64,000 nucleotides of DNA from Escherichia phage vB_EcoM-RPN242, in sequence record OL656110.1. One strand, written 5' to 3'. Shown here piece by piece: positions 26,120 to 36,238 of this stretch; the stretch's first letter is position 1, and each line of letters starts with the position of its first letter. The notes below the pieces were generated by a model that worked only from the letters and a program-made list of their open reading frames with translations, ran no database searches and was not told where the DNA came from. Both the position numbers and the translations under genes were made by a program.

Positions 26120-28840
26120 TCAGATCTTAATCTGCATGTTGCCACCCAGGGACTGCTCGTACTCGCTGTATGCGCCTTCCCCGTAGTCTCGTGCCCACTG
26201 GTCAGACTGCTGGGCGCTATCCAGAGTCATCAGGTTTGGTTCAGTCGGGTTGTAACCCTTGGACTTCGCATCCCGGTACAGAGTCTGCAGGTACTGGTTG
26301 GCGCGGTCAATCTGAGATTTGAACTCGCGATATGCCCCTTCAGTTGTGTTGCGGCGGAAGGTGATATCCCAGTCCACGTTCAGAGTCTGACCATCACGGC
26401 TTGCATAGATCTGCCAATCCAGGTCGCGGCCTTTTGGTGCGTTGTCGCGGATGGAGTCGGCGTATGCCGCAAGGTCGGCACCAGTCTTCTTCGCAGTACT
26501 CGACTCTTTCTCCAGTCTCTCGGTTTCTTTGGACAGGATACCCAACATAAATTCATTAGTGCGGCGATCCGCCATGTCGTACCCGCGCCAAAGGACTGAA
26601 CCGTTGTTGTCAACAGAAATGTCGTCCAAAAATACTTGTTTCGGATTATACGACGTGCTTTTCAGAGTTTGTATATTCCGAGATATCATTTCCATTTTAG
26701 AAGAAATTTCATCGATCACGGCCTGAACAATATCTTTCTTCAAAGTAAGTTCATATGTCTTCGGATTGTTCAGGGTACGACCTTTATTGGATACAATAGG
26801 CGTGATCGCCACTTTGCCTTTGTCGTAGTAATAGGTCACATTCGTGGTCAATACAGCACCATCATACTTCCCAGTTTTCGGGAAATTGACGCCAGACCAA
26901 GTGATGGACATACCGTTGACAGTCTCACCAAACACCATGGCGTTGCTTGGTATATTCAGGGTTCCAGAGTTGACCAGATCAGCGCCTTGGGCATTCAGGT
27001 CGATAGAACCATAGATGGCCCCGGTAATACGATCTTTCAGCATCAGGGTCTTGTCGCCCTTCTCTGGGATGATTTCCAGCGGGTGCTTGCCACGCGGAGG
27101 TTCTTTGATGAGTTCCAGTAGAGCAGTTTTCCCTGGCTTCACACGATTCAGGACAGCGTCGGACACTGTCAGAGTCCAGTTTGCGGTTTCCACATAACCC
27201 CAGCCCCGAGAACGGCGAATGGCTTTGATAGGATATGGAGCGCTTGTTGGCACTGCGCTAATTTCCCATTTGCCAGTGTACTGGGTCTTGGCAACCTCAA
27301 AGATGGACGCAATTACCGCATTGGCGACGTCACGGGCGCTACCTTTGGCCACGTTCTCCTCTTCAGCAATTTCGCTGAAAACTGAGTATTGAACGAAACC
27401 AGCGAGGACGTTTGTGAAGTTGACAACGATAACCAACCCGCCTGCTGTCGTGTAACGACCAGCGCCCACACGACGGATGTTTTCACCAGGAAGAATAGAA
27501 GTGTCCAGCCCAACGTTGGTATCAATGATACCCAGAACACGAGCGATGAAACCACTGTTACGTAATTGATCAACACTGGTTGCACCCTCGGTCGAATCCG
27601 ATGCGGATTTAGACACTTTGTTCAACTTGATAGAGACAAGGGTTTCCCCGTTGACACCGATGATATCCCATTCAGTACCCTGCTCGTTCGAGATGCGAGC
27701 AGTCTTGCGCTTTGAATTGATGGCACCTTCGTAACGCCCGTTCTTGACTACAACAGAGGCTGTGGCAGCATCAGTAGCACTTGCTGCATTTGAAAAGTCT
27801 GGGTCAGAAATACTGATGTCGACGTCACCGTTTTGAGAACGCATGCGAACGCCGTTTTTGAATCGTTCCACGTTTACTTCTCGAGCACCAAGTCGTTTGG
27901 CATCAATAACAGCAGTTCCAGAACCGATAATGTTGGCTGGGTTATTTCTGTCTGAACTGTTTTGAGAACCTTTCCAAAATTTTGTGGACGCTGTGGTGAA
28001 ATCATTCAGGATACTGATAGGGACTTGTGGTAATTTCAACTGACGAGCAATGAAATCAGCACTTTGCCCACGCACAGGTTTCTCATTCATGTATGCGCCA
28101 ACATACACACCCGGCTCATTGTAGTGGGGAGCGATATTTGCCGTGTTCATGCGGCCTCTCTCCTTACCAGCCCATAACAACATGGGCTGATCTCCGTTTG
28201 AAGTTAATTTCCATCCGTTGGAATTATCAACAGAAGATGACACACCCACATCCGGAGTATTGTTCTGAACCGGAACGTCACCGACCTTGTCTGGATCATC
28301 CCAGGTGATACCCTGCATCTTCGGACCGTCGAATACCTGAGCCGGATCTTTACCCTTGCGGACCAGCCACACATAACCACGGTCAGGGACAGGCGCGTAG
28401 GTCAGGTCCATGACATTCAGTTTCTGTTTCAGGCCGGACTGGCGGATGATCTTAGGAATCAGGGTCATACCGCGATCCAGCGCTTTCTTCGAGAAGTTGA
28501 CAGCAAAGCCATCGATGGTTTTGCCCAGAGGAGTCGCCATGAATTGTTTGGTCGCTTCGATCATGGAAGCGATAACGCGCATTGGGTTCTTGAAGCGAGC
28601 GATGGCGTCAGGATAGACGGAGCCGCGCTTCTGGCCGATGAAAACCTGACGAACACTCTTACCCAGCCCCTGAGGGGTATAGAACTGAATACGGTATTCC
28701 TTTTCATCTTCGTCGACGAAGGTGAAGAACACATCGCCTGCGTTCTTCTTACCCATGGTCAGCTCATACGGAGCGGAGTTGAACGCTTCGTCCAACTGAT
28801 CTCTTTCCTGCATGAACTGGAGGAAACTTAGCTTTGACAT
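26120..28840 (-). CDS. large hypothetical protein (906 aa), possible virion/ejected protein
   Basis: Complete ORF with ATG start and AGGAGATATAAA leader; no nucleotide-binding or catalytic motif recognised. Confidence 0.7.
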   Translation of the reverse strand: MSKLSFLQFMQERDQLDEAFNSAPYELTMGKKNAGDVFFTFVDEDEKEYRIQFYTPQGLGKSVRQVFIGQKRGSVYPDAIARFKNPMRVIASMIEATKQFMATPLGKTIDGFAVNFSKKALDRGMTLIPKIIRQSGLKQKLNVMDLTYAPVPDRGYVWLVRKGKDPAQVFDGPKMQGITWDDPDKVGDVPVQNNTPDVGVSSSVDNSNGWKLTSNGDQPMLLWAGKERGRMNTANIAPHYNEPGVYVGAYMNEKPVRGQSADFIARQLKLPQVPISILNDFTTASTKFWKGSQNSSDRNNPANIIGSGTAVIDAKRLGAREVNVERFKNGVRMRSQNGDVDISISDPDFSNAASATDAATASVVVKNGRYEGAINSKRKTARISNEQGTEWDIIGVNGETLVSIKLNKVSKSASDSTEGATSVDQLRNSGFIARVLGIIDTNVGLDTSILPGENIRRVGAGRYTTAGGLVIVVNFTNVLAGFVQYSVFSEIAEEENVAKGSARDVANAVIASIFEVAKTQYTGKWEISAVPTSAPYPIKAIRRSRGWGYVETANWTLTVSDAVLNRVKPGKTALLELIKEPPRGKHPLEIIPEKGDKTLMLKDRITGAIYGSIDLNAQGADLVNSGTLNIPSNAMVFGETVNGMSITWSGVNFPKTGKYDGAVLTTNVTYYYDKGKVAITPIVSNKGRTLNNPKTYELTLKKDIVQAVIDEISSKMEMISRNIQTLKSTSYNPKQVFLDDISVDNNGSVLWRGYDMADRRTNEFMLGILSKETERLEKESSTAKKTGADLAAYADSIRDNAPKGRDLDWQIYASRDGQTLNVDWDITFRRNTTEGAYREFKSQIDRANQYLQTLYRDAKSKGYNPTEPNLMTLDSAQQSDQWARDYGEGAYSEYEQSLGGNMQIKI

Positions 28841-28915
28841 TTTATATCTCCTGACTGAATTAACGGCGGTTTCTTCTAATTAGCGAAACCAAAAGGGAGC
28901 GTCAGCCCCCTTATC

Positions 28916-29251
28916 TTATTTTTGAACTTGGGCTACAGACATCGCCCAGAGCGGGAGGGTGTGGGGGTCCAGGGCTTCCAGTAGATATTCGACGCGCTCT
29001 GACATGATACCTTCAGGGAAGTTTACTTCTTCTGGTTCGTTGTTGGCCGTCCAACCCAAGGTCAGTCCTTCAGCGTGATGGATGATATAAACGAAGTCGC
29101 CCGATTCGTAGTCCTTTTCCATCAGGGAGAAGAAATCTTCCATTTCTTCGTCGGAGAAGTAGTAGATGCGAGGTACGGAGCCGTCAGCAAAGTGCTCAGC
29201 ACCCTGGAAGGCAAACATGTCATCGGCGGTGAAGTTCTTGAGTTGTGTCAT
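28916..29251 (-). CDS. hypothetical acidic protein (111 aa)
   Basis: First ATG at 29251 (MTQLKNF...) with AGGAACTATATC leader; track start is TTG. Confidence 0.5.
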   Translation of the reverse strand: MTQLKNFTADDMFAFQGAEHFADGSVPRIYYFSDEEMEDFFSLMEKDYESGDFVYIIHHAEGLTLGWTANNEPEEVNFPEGIMSERVEYLLEALDPHTLPLWAMSVAQVQK

Positions 29252-29357
29252 GATATAGTTCCTGCTATTCAAGTTGGTGTCGTACTGCTTATGGAATGAA
29301 GTATAGGGAAGGATATTGAAGAAGTAAAGGGGCGAAAGCCCCTTTTATTGAATTATT
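29252..29357 (-). promoter_or_regulatory. intergenic cassette A: hairpin terminator + TTTACT-N17-TATACT promoter + conserved leader
   Basis: Hairpin ggggc-gaaa-gcccc (29329..29342); minus-strand -35 TTTACT (29323..29328), 17-nt spacer, -10 TATACT (29300..29305); 20-nt block 29286..29305 identical to 63331..63350. Confidence 0.5.
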
Positions 29358-29996
29358 TTACGGCGTCGGATTCACAACCGGAATGTGGGATCGAATACCT
29401 GCGATGATGTCCTTCAGCTGAGGCTTCCATCCATCCACCAAACGGGGTAGAGCGATAGCACCAGGCTGAACTAAAATGATGTCGCTGCCTGTGATATTGT
29501 GCTGAGGGAACTGGGCAAGGTACTGCTCCATGGTGACACCCTCATCAATCAGAACCGCACCGACGTCAGACGATGCGTAGGTTGCACCCAGACCGTCAAC
29601 ACCCCACGCCAAAATACCCCAGTCAGGGATGTTGGCTTCAGATGTGATAGTGAATCCAAACACGGTGTTCAGTGATGTAAAGGAGTAGACATCGTGGGTG
29701 ATGTCATACACCAGATACCCCTTGGTCAGCATATCGGCAAAGATCGCGTCCGTATCGCCAGCAGTCGGAGTCGGTACAGTAAACAACAGCTCGCCATCAG
29801 GAGGAGCAGGGTATGTGCTGAGGGCATAGAGGCACCATGCGTCAATACACTTCTTGATAAATGCCTCCGGTGCGACATAATCAGCAAGGCGAACCGTACC
29901 TGAGTACTCGGATACGATGATGCCTTCCTTCGCACCCTGTAGAGCAATGAAGACCAAGATATGTTCATATCCGGCCTGAGATGGAGTGATGTTCAT
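29358..29996 (-). CDS. hypothetical protein (212 aa)
   Basis: Start at ATG 29996 (MNITPSQ...), overlapping the upstream stop. Confidence 0.55.
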   Translation of the reverse strand: MNITPSQAGYEHILVFIALQGAKEGIIVSEYSGTVRLADYVAPEAFIKKCIDAWCLYALSTYPAPPDGELLFTVPTPTAGDTDAIFADMLTKGYLVYDITHDVYSFTSLNTVFGFTITSEANIPDWGILAWGVDGLGATYASSDVGAVLIDEGVTMEQYLAQFPQHNITGSDIILVQPGAIALPRLVDGWKPQLKDIIAGIRSHIPVVNPTP

Positions 29997-30610
29997 TATC
30001 TTGTCCTCTTCAGTTTCTCTATTGTGTGCTTGTTCATGGTGATCACCTGAGGATCTACCTCGGAGATGGTCCGGCCTTCGAAGGACACACATTTCTGAAG
30101 ATATTTAGCTTTCTTCACGACGTCGGCAGCATAAGCGTTCGATGCAGGATTACGGGCGAAGCCAGCATTGTAAGAGGAGAGGGATTTGCGGATATTCTGA
30201 TTGTGATAGGTCAGCCAGAACTGCATCTCATCGAGGGCGGCTTGCGCGGCATATTCTTGGTCGGTCAGCAACTTTATAGCGACATTGGCATAGCACTTGC
30301 GATTCTTACAACCTTCGCGATCACCAACTGTCTTCACCTTGTTCTGAAAGGCTCCCATGTTGGCCGCCTTGAGGTCGTATCGCATTGACACTACATCTTC
30401 ACCAGCGCGGCTCTCTCGCCAAGATATGGCGGCCAGAGTGTAGCCAAGATCTTGTGTCTTGCCTACGTGATAGGCGGTTGCCAGCGTATTAAGTTGTTGC
30501 TCGGAGAAATTATAATCGCATTGGGTGGTACTTTGGGAAGCGTGCACATTCCCGCTGGCAATGGTAAAGGTCACGGACAAGGCCATGGCCTTCAACGTTG
30601 TCATCGTCAT
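29996..30610 (-). CDS. secreted SLT-domain protein (lytic transglycosylase-like) with signal peptide
   Basis: 204 aa; N-terminal signal-like MTMTTLKAMALSVTFTIASGNVHA; SLT motifs LAAISWRESRAGED (catalytic ES) and SSYNAGF. Confidence 0.6.
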   Translation of the reverse strand: MTMTTLKAMALSVTFTIASGNVHASQSTTQCDYNFSEQQLNTLATAYHVGKTQDLGYTLAAISWRESRAGEDVVSMRYDLKAANMGAFQNKVKTVGDREGCKNRKCYANVAIKLLTDQEYAAQAALDEMQFWLTYHNQNIRKSLSSYNAGFARNPASNAYAADVVKKAKYLQKCVSFEGRTISEVDPQVITMNKHTIEKLKRTR

Positions 30611-30707
30611 GATGGCGTTCCTTATGTTTTGTCGACTTGCAGCTCGCTTGAGCCTCCTGACAGGGGTTAAAAGATAAAGGGCACGTGGTATTTAGTGCCC
30701 TTCAGCC

Positions 30708-30992
30708 TCATTCGTAGATGAGGTGGTAGGATTCCTCGATACACTCCAGCCAGCCGTAGACGAACTGTAGAGGGTCATCCCATGCCGTCTTGGTCGCGAC
30801 GGTAAAGTTGCCGTCCAGGATCTGCATATCTTGGTACTTGTTGAAAGCGAGTACAGCATCAACCACAATCAGGCCGCCCTGCTCAAGATAACGATTCGGA
30901 GTGACGGTCACTTGGTAATGAGGATTCCTGCGATTCCATATCTCCACAGCAATGTCACAGGATTCCTGAATTTCATCTTTGTTTTCTGACAT
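30708..30992 (-). CDS. hypothetical protein (94 aa)
   Basis: Complete ORF with ATG start. Confidence 0.5.
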   Translation of the reverse strand: MSENKDEIQESCDIAVEIWNRRNPHYQVTVTPNRYLEQGGLIVVDAVLAFNKYQDMQILDGNFTVATKTAWDDPLQFVYGWLECIEESYHLIYE

Positions 30993-31302
30993 ACGTTTGT
31001 CTCAGATGTTCGGTAAAGGATTTACCCAGCTTGCGGAATAGTTTAATACGACCAATGACTTTGACGTAAACATCTCCGTGGCAGGGGCGCGGCTTACACC
31101 AGCACCCCAATACCTTCCCGTCAAGATCAAGGAGTTCATCCTCAGTGATATCCCCTTTAATCAGGCGCACATACAGGTCGTCCTCAAACAGTTCGATACA
31201 GACGCCTCGTCCATGGTCTTTGACCTCAAACGGGTTCCCCCATTTACCAGGCCGACCAATGTAGACGTCATATGGCTCCTTCTTGAAGTGGACGACTTTC
31301 AT
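30973..31302 (-). CDS. DUF4326-like protein
   Basis: 109 aa; YDVYIGRPGKWGNPF ... LGCWCKPRPCHGDV pattern typical of DUF4326. Confidence 0.5.
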   Translation of the reverse strand: MKVVHFKKEPYDVYIGRPGKWGNPFEVKDHGRGVCIELFEDDLYVRLIKGDITEDELLDLDGKVLGCWCKPRPCHGDVYVKVIGRIKLFRKLGKSFTEHLRQTYVRKQR

Positions 31303-31304
31303 TT

Positions 31305-31463
31305 CAGGATTTGACCTGCAAGTAGATAACAGAACCAGACAGAGAACCCGAGATACCCCAGTGCTTTCAGGTAGTTTTTCCTTTCGACTTCACGAGAAAA
31401 CGCAACGATGTCAATGATGCATGCAAAGACCAGGATTGCGAGTTTAATTTGTTCGTAGTCCAT
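31305..31463 (-). CDS. small membrane protein (about 52 aa)
   Basis: Manual translation MDYEQIKLAILVFACIIDIVAF...; below the track length cutoff; sits exactly between flanking genes. Confidence 0.35.
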
Positions 31464-31465
31464 GA

Positions 31466-33802
31466 TCAATCCTTCTTGATAACTTCAGTCAGGCCGTTTC
31501 GCAGGCCGTAGCGAATGTTGTGTTGGAAGTATTCCTGGAACTCCTGTTCGCGCTGGCTAATAACAAACAGGTTGTTCCCGCCGAACTTATGCTTCAACAT
31601 CTCAACAGATTCCTGCACCCCGCGCTCGCTCATGTTCTCAAGGATCTCGTCCAGCACGAACAGGTTACATTGTACAGACGCCTTGAGGTTAGCCACATCG
31701 CGCAGAGCTAATGTTACAGCCAGGTTCAGACGACTGCGCTGGCCAGTAGACAGGGAGAAGATACTCTGTCCTTTGCGACCTGCTGCGCTCATGGTGATCT
31801 CAAAGGTATCGTCAACAACGATGTCCAAGAACATGTTGAGGGCTTCAAGATACTCGTTGATCTTGCTATTGAGGAATGGCAAGTACAGGGCGATGATACG
31901 CGCCTTGGTCTGGTCATCCTTCAAGAAGAACAGCAGGTGCTGTAAGTCCTGGAGTTCCTCATCTGCATCTTCACGGAGTTCATACAGAGCCTCCAGTTCA
32001 CCTTCCAACGCAGCGATAGAGTTCTCCAGGTCGGTGGTAGGTGTTGGCTGTACAGCCAGTTTACGCTCCAGATCGGCAATAGACGCCACGAGAGGAGCAC
32101 GACGGGCTTTCAGCTCGGCGATCTTATCATCGACGGCTTTAATCCCGCTGACGGCATTCTCTCGCGTCTGTTGCAGCGAAGCAGTGATATCTTCAAAACG
32201 AACGTTCAGTGCCTTACGGATGTCAAGGATCTTCTGTTGGCATTCACGGTTCAGCGAATTACACTCAATCGTGGCGGCATCATGAAAACCTTGAATATCA
32301 CGGCGCAGCTGCTTGATGTTGTCAACGATTTCGTCGGCCTGCTTGCGCATGGCATCCAGTTCAGCATCCAACACAGCAATGTCAGCAACCAGCTTGTCGT
32401 CCTGAGCCTTGTGATCATCGATCAGGACATTGATATCGGCGGTAACTTTGTCCAGTTGATCTAACTTCGACTGTAGTTCCTGGATCTGAGGATTGTACTC
32501 ACTCTCAATCCGCGCCTTGGTGTCATCAGACACCAGTTGGGTACATGTTGGGCAAGTCCCCATATCGTGGAAGCGCTTGATGGCCGACTGATGCCCCTCC
32601 ATTTCAGTCTGGAACTTGATACGGAAGTTCTCACCCTGCTGGCGGCGCTGAATAGCAGCGTTCAGGGTGTCCAGGTTTGTGTTGCGCTCGGTGAGCAGGG
32701 TGTTCTTGCGTTCGGCCACTGTAAAGGCGCGGTCACGCAAGACCTGAAGATCATGCTCCGCAGTAGACACTTCGATGCGCTCATAATCGTCAGCCTTGTC
32801 CTGCGCGGCGTCCTTCACCGCCTGGATCTTGGCATCAAAGTCTTTCTTGACAGCCTCGATCTCCACCATGGATTCATCATGCAGGCGGCTTTCTACCGTC
32901 TTCATTTCCTGGGTGGCTTCAAACTCCACAGCCGTGAGGCGGGTGCGCTCTTCATTCTGGGCGGCGATGTCAGCGTCTAGGGAAGTCAGGGCTTCCTGTT
33001 GCTGTACAAGGATATCGGCCGACTGCTGTTGGATAAGGGCATTGGACCGCTCTATCTGCTGTAGCTGCGTCTTCTTGTTGGTGCGGTCAACAACCTTCAA
33101 CGCACATTCATTCGCGATCGTGTCCAGCTTTTCGTTCGCTTTCTTGATGGCAGCCTTGACATCTTCGTTCATCAGGCTGAAGAAGCCCAAATCCCAGATA
33201 GTCTCCACCATGGCGCGGCGGTCGGCTGTGTACATCTCCGTGAACGGAATGAACTTCTCTTTGCCCAGCACCAGAGAGTTCTCAAACATCTTCTGGTCCA
33301 CGCCGATGAGGTTCACGATGTACTTGTTCATGTCGGCTTTGGCTGCTTCGTTATCGATCTGCAACCACTTGCCGTCCACCATCTGGTAGACTTCAACAAA
33401 GTCAGGTTTAATGCCACGGCGAACCTTCCATTCGCTACCACGGCAGGCAAACTCCACCTCACCCACACATTCCTTGCGGCTCTGTGAGTTAACCAGACCT
33501 GCCTTCTTCTCCTTCTTGCTGTATGTGTCGTTGTACAGTACGAAAAACAGCAGCCATACCAGCATCGTGGATTTACCCGCGCCGTTGTCATCAGACGTAA
33601 CAAGGGTGGCCGGGTTGCGCTGATAATCAATCTCCATGAACTGATTGCCGATGGAGCGGAAGTTCTTGGCGCGGCCTTTGCGGAAGGTCAGTTTGTGTGT
33701 AACAACGTTACGCACTTCAAATGGGACTTCAACCTCGACCGGGGCGTCGGCTTCCTTCAAAAGATTACCAAATTTGGTCAAGATATCTGTGCTCTGAGTC
33801 AT
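31466..33802 (-). CDS. 46: recombination nuclease subunit, SbcC/Rad50-like ATPase (T4 gp46-like)
   Basis: Start at second ATG 33802 just after gp47 stop; Walker A DDNGAGKST, long coiled coil with CPTC zinc hook, signature LSTGQRSR, Walker B LFVLDE. Confidence 0.85.
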   Translation of the reverse strand: MTQSTDILTKFGNLLKEADAPVEVEVPFEVRNVVTHKLTFRKGRAKNFRSIGNQFMEIDYQRNPATLVTSDDNGAGKSTMLVWLLFFVLYNDTYSKKEKKAGLVNSQSRKECVGEVEFACRGSEWKVRRGIKPDFVEVYQMVDGKWLQIDNEAAKADMNKYIVNLIGVDQKMFENSLVLGKEKFIPFTEMYTADRRAMVETIWDLGFFSLMNEDVKAAIKKANEKLDTIANECALKVVDRTNKKTQLQQIERSNALIQQQSADILVQQQEALTSLDADIAAQNEERTRLTAVEFEATQEMKTVESRLHDESMVEIEAVKKDFDAKIQAVKDAAQDKADDYERIEVSTAEHDLQVLRDRAFTVAERKNTLLTERNTNLDTLNAAIQRRQQGENFRIKFQTEMEGHQSAIKRFHDMGTCPTCTQLVSDDTKARIESEYNPQIQELQSKLDQLDKVTADINVLIDDHKAQDDKLVADIAVLDAELDAMRKQADEIVDNIKQLRRDIQGFHDAATIECNSLNRECQQKILDIRKALNVRFEDITASLQQTRENAVSGIKAVDDKIAELKARRAPLVASIADLERKLAVQPTPTTDLENSIAALEGELEALYELREDADEELQDLQHLLFFLKDDQTKARIIALYLPFLNSKINEYLEALNMFLDIVVDDTFEITMSAAGRKGQSIFSLSTGQRSRLNLAVTLALRDVANLKASVQCNLFVLDEILENMSERGVQESVEMLKHKFGGNNLFVISQREQEFQEYFQHNIRYGLRNGLTEVIKKD

Positions 33803-33803
33803 G

Positions 33804-34919
33804 TTATGCATCCAGTTTGTTCAGGCGTTGTTGGGCAGCATTATAGAAGTGCTCTGCCAGTTTACAGACGTTGTCGGGGCGCTGAATGTTGTTCCCGGCG
33901 CGGATATCCTTCTTCAGGACTTCCACCGCATCGGTCGCCACCATCTCTTCGGTGACCTCAACCTTCTCGGCAGCAACAGTAATCGTCCGGTCGATGAAGT
34001 TGTAGTCAATGCACTTACAGCGCTTCATGGCATCACAGAACTTTTCATAATGCTTAGCATTGTCACGGTTCTGTACAATAACCTTAACAATTTGCCCTTC
34101 AATACCCAAGCCTGTGTTCAACCATTCCGGGTCGATCCAATTACCTTCTTCATCAGATGACAACTTGGTGTAATCATATTCCACATAGCGGAACAGCGTC
34201 TGGTGCTCGGCGTTCGGGATAAAGATCTCACCACCACGCATGTCGTCCACATAGAAGCCACGGTTAGTGCCGTCTTTGTAGTCTTCCCAGTTCAGGTGAT
34301 ATGGAGTCCCAATATATTGAATGTTACCTTCCATCGAACGGGTATGGAAATGGCCCGTGTCGACCCTGGTAAACTTGGAAAGCAGAGCAACGTCGATCTG
34401 ACCGTGATCACAAGTAGAAGACTGGTACATTTTGAACCCCGCCAGCTCCAGATGCGCAAAACAGTACTCGGCGTCTGTATCTTGTATCGCTTTAATAGAC
34501 GCATCATAGTTCTCCTTGTTGATCCAAGGCAGCAGCAGAGTCTTGACACCCTCGATCATCACTTCGGTCGGTTCGCTGTAATAGCAGTACACATCCGGGT
34601 CGAGTTCGTTCAGGTAGGATGGCCAGTTGATGCGGTTGGACTCTTCCAGGGTGATGTCATGGTTGCCCACGATGCCATTCCACTTGATACCAGCCGCTTT
34701 CAACGCAGGGGTGAGTTCATCCTTCAGCCAGTCTTTGTCGCGCCCGTACATGAATTTGCGGACATCAAACGTATCACCGAACTGCCAGACCTCTTTGATA
34801 TCAGAGTCGGCAAGTTCAGGAATGAAATAATTGATAAGATAGTTCTTGATGAAGTCGCGAACGTATCGAGAACCATTACGGCTCCCGATATGCAGATCGC
34901 CAATTTTAGCAATCGCCAT
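33804..34919 (-). CDS. 47: recombination nuclease subunit, SbcD/Mre11-like phosphoesterase (T4 gp47-like)
   Basis: 371 aa; phosphoesterase motifs GDLHIG, GDTFD, GNHD, GHFH. Confidence 0.8.
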   Translation of the reverse strand: MAIAKIGDLHIGSRNGSRYVRDFIKNYLINYFIPELADSDIKEVWQFGDTFDVRKFMYGRDKDWLKDELTPALKAAGIKWNGIVGNHDITLEESNRINWPSYLNELDPDVYCYYSEPTEVMIEGVKTLLLPWINKENYDASIKAIQDTDAEYCFAHLELAGFKMYQSSTCDHGQIDVALLSKFTRVDTGHFHTRSMEGNIQYIGTPYHLNWEDYKDGTNRGFYVDDMRGGEIFIPNAEHQTLFRYVEYDYTKLSSDEEGNWIDPEWLNTGLGIEGQIVKVIVQNRDNAKHYEKFCDAMKRCKCIDYNFIDRTITVAAEKVEVTEEMVATDAVEVLKKDIRAGNNIQRPDNVCKLAEHFYNAAQQRLNKLDA

Positions 34920-35697
34920 TGTTCTTTTTCTCCCGTTCTTCTAATCTTTGTTTGAGGGCTTCCCAATCTGGTTCCATCGCACAGATATCATCTTCCAGAT
35001 TGAATTGGGTTTTGCCGAAGTCTTGATCTGAATTGTCTTCGGCCTGCGCTGTTACCGTATTCTTAGCCTGCGCCATGTATTGAAGTATGCCTTTCGCAAT
35101 CTTTTTATTCGATTCTGCGAGACGAGCTGCCTCCACCTTCTCTCGCTCCTTCTGCCTTTGAGCGTCCTTTTTGTTCTCAAAGTTGCCGATACGTTCACGG
35201 AAGTCCATGCCAATTCCTGTAGCATCAACAAAGACCTCTTGTTGGAAGTCGGGATCGTCTGCCAGGCCTGCGAACCCACCCGCCTCTTCAAATGAGCGCA
35301 ATTTAATGTACGTGTGCTCTTCTTCGATATTCAGTTTACGAGCGAATGATCGATCAGCACACATGGTCACCCAAGAGAAGAAGTTGATCTTCCCTTTCTT
35401 TCCAATGTGTTCGACGTCAAATGTGTGGAGGTAGCGCAAGATGTTGACTATTGCTTCAGAGACCATGTCTTCACGGAAGGGATAGTCGCGATAGTTGTAG
35501 CGGGTGCTCATCTTGGTGATGATGCGCTGGACCTGTAGAGCAACATAGTTGGGGATCTTTGGAAGCCTGGTGCCTTCAGCCAGAGCCTTCTTACGAGCAG
35601 GGATCCAATCACGAAGGATACTGATGACACGCTCGTTATCTTCGTCTGTGAAATATTTGACGACATTCTCCCCTCTGTCCACGAAGTTCATTCCCAT
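34906..35697 (-). CDS. 55: late-transcription sigma factor (T4 gp55-like)
   Basis: 263 aa; NYVALQVQRIITKMSTRYNYRDYPFREDMVSEAIVNILRYLHTFD aligns with the T4 gp55 core; lies upstream of gp47/gp46 as in T4. Confidence 0.7.
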   Translation of the reverse strand: MGMNFVDRGENVVKYFTDEDNERVISILRDWIPARKKALAEGTRLPKIPNYVALQVQRIITKMSTRYNYRDYPFREDMVSEAIVNILRYLHTFDVEHIGKKGKINFFSWVTMCADRSFARKLNIEEEHTYIKLRSFEEAGGFAGLADDPDFQQEVFVDATGIGMDFRERIGNFENKKDAQRQKEREKVEAARLAESNKKIAKGILQYMAQAKNTVTAQAEDNSDQDFGKTQFNLEDDICAMEPDWEALKQRLEEREKKNNGDC

Positions 35698-35708
35698 TAT
35701 GAAATCCC

Positions 35709-36236
35709 TCAGATACCGATAAATTCATCAAAAGATCCAACAACCTTCTTCACCGAGATCTTGTCATTCTCAATCAGGAAGTTGCTGTCGTTTTTGGCTG
35801 CTGTGGCCCAGTCATCGGCAAGTTCGTTGCCTTCGTGCCCCGCATGACCCTTAACCCATTTTAGTTCAACATCACAAATTGAACAAACGAGATCATAGAT
35901 TCTGAACAGATCTTTGATGAGTTCAACGTTCTTTTCTGGGAAACCCTGATACTCCCACTTCGCTCGCCATTCGGTGACGCTCTTGATAGCATATTGGCTG
36001 TCAGACCAAATTGTTGCCTTTGGTATTCTGCGCTCACCCTTTCCTGAGAATGCCCACAGTAGCTTCAATGCGTTGGTCACACCCAACAACTCGGCGATAT
36101 TGTTAGTGGACGGGGGAGGTAGATGACCGAAGAACACCTTCCATTGCATACCCGTTATTGGCCTGATGACAAATGCCCATCCTGCGGCCTGGTTGGTCTT
36201 CGGGTTAGAACCCCCGTCAGAATAAATTTCTATCAT
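35709..36236 (-). CDS. rnhA: ribonuclease HI (RnhA-type)
   Basis: Start at ATG 36236 (MIEIYSDGG...); DEDD catalytic pattern YSDGG, NNIAELLGV, IWSDSQY, KGHAGHEGNELAD. Confidence 0.85.
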   Translation of the reverse strand: MIEIYSDGGSNPKTNQAAGWAFVIRPITGMQWKVFFGHLPPPSTNNIAELLGVTNALKLLWAFSGKGERRIPKATIWSDSQYAIKSVTEWRAKWEYQGFPEKNVELIKDLFRIYDLVCSICDVELKWVKGHAGHEGNELADDWATAAKNDSNFLIENDKISVKKVVGSFDEFIGI

Positions 36237-36238
36237 GA

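Noticed and set aside
29286-29305. MotA-box-like TGCTTAT on the plus strand within the conserved 20-mer
   Set aside because: It is on the opposite strand to all nearby genes and the downstream -10 candidates do not fit TAnnnT; the conserved block is better explained as the -10 and start region of a minus-strand promoter.
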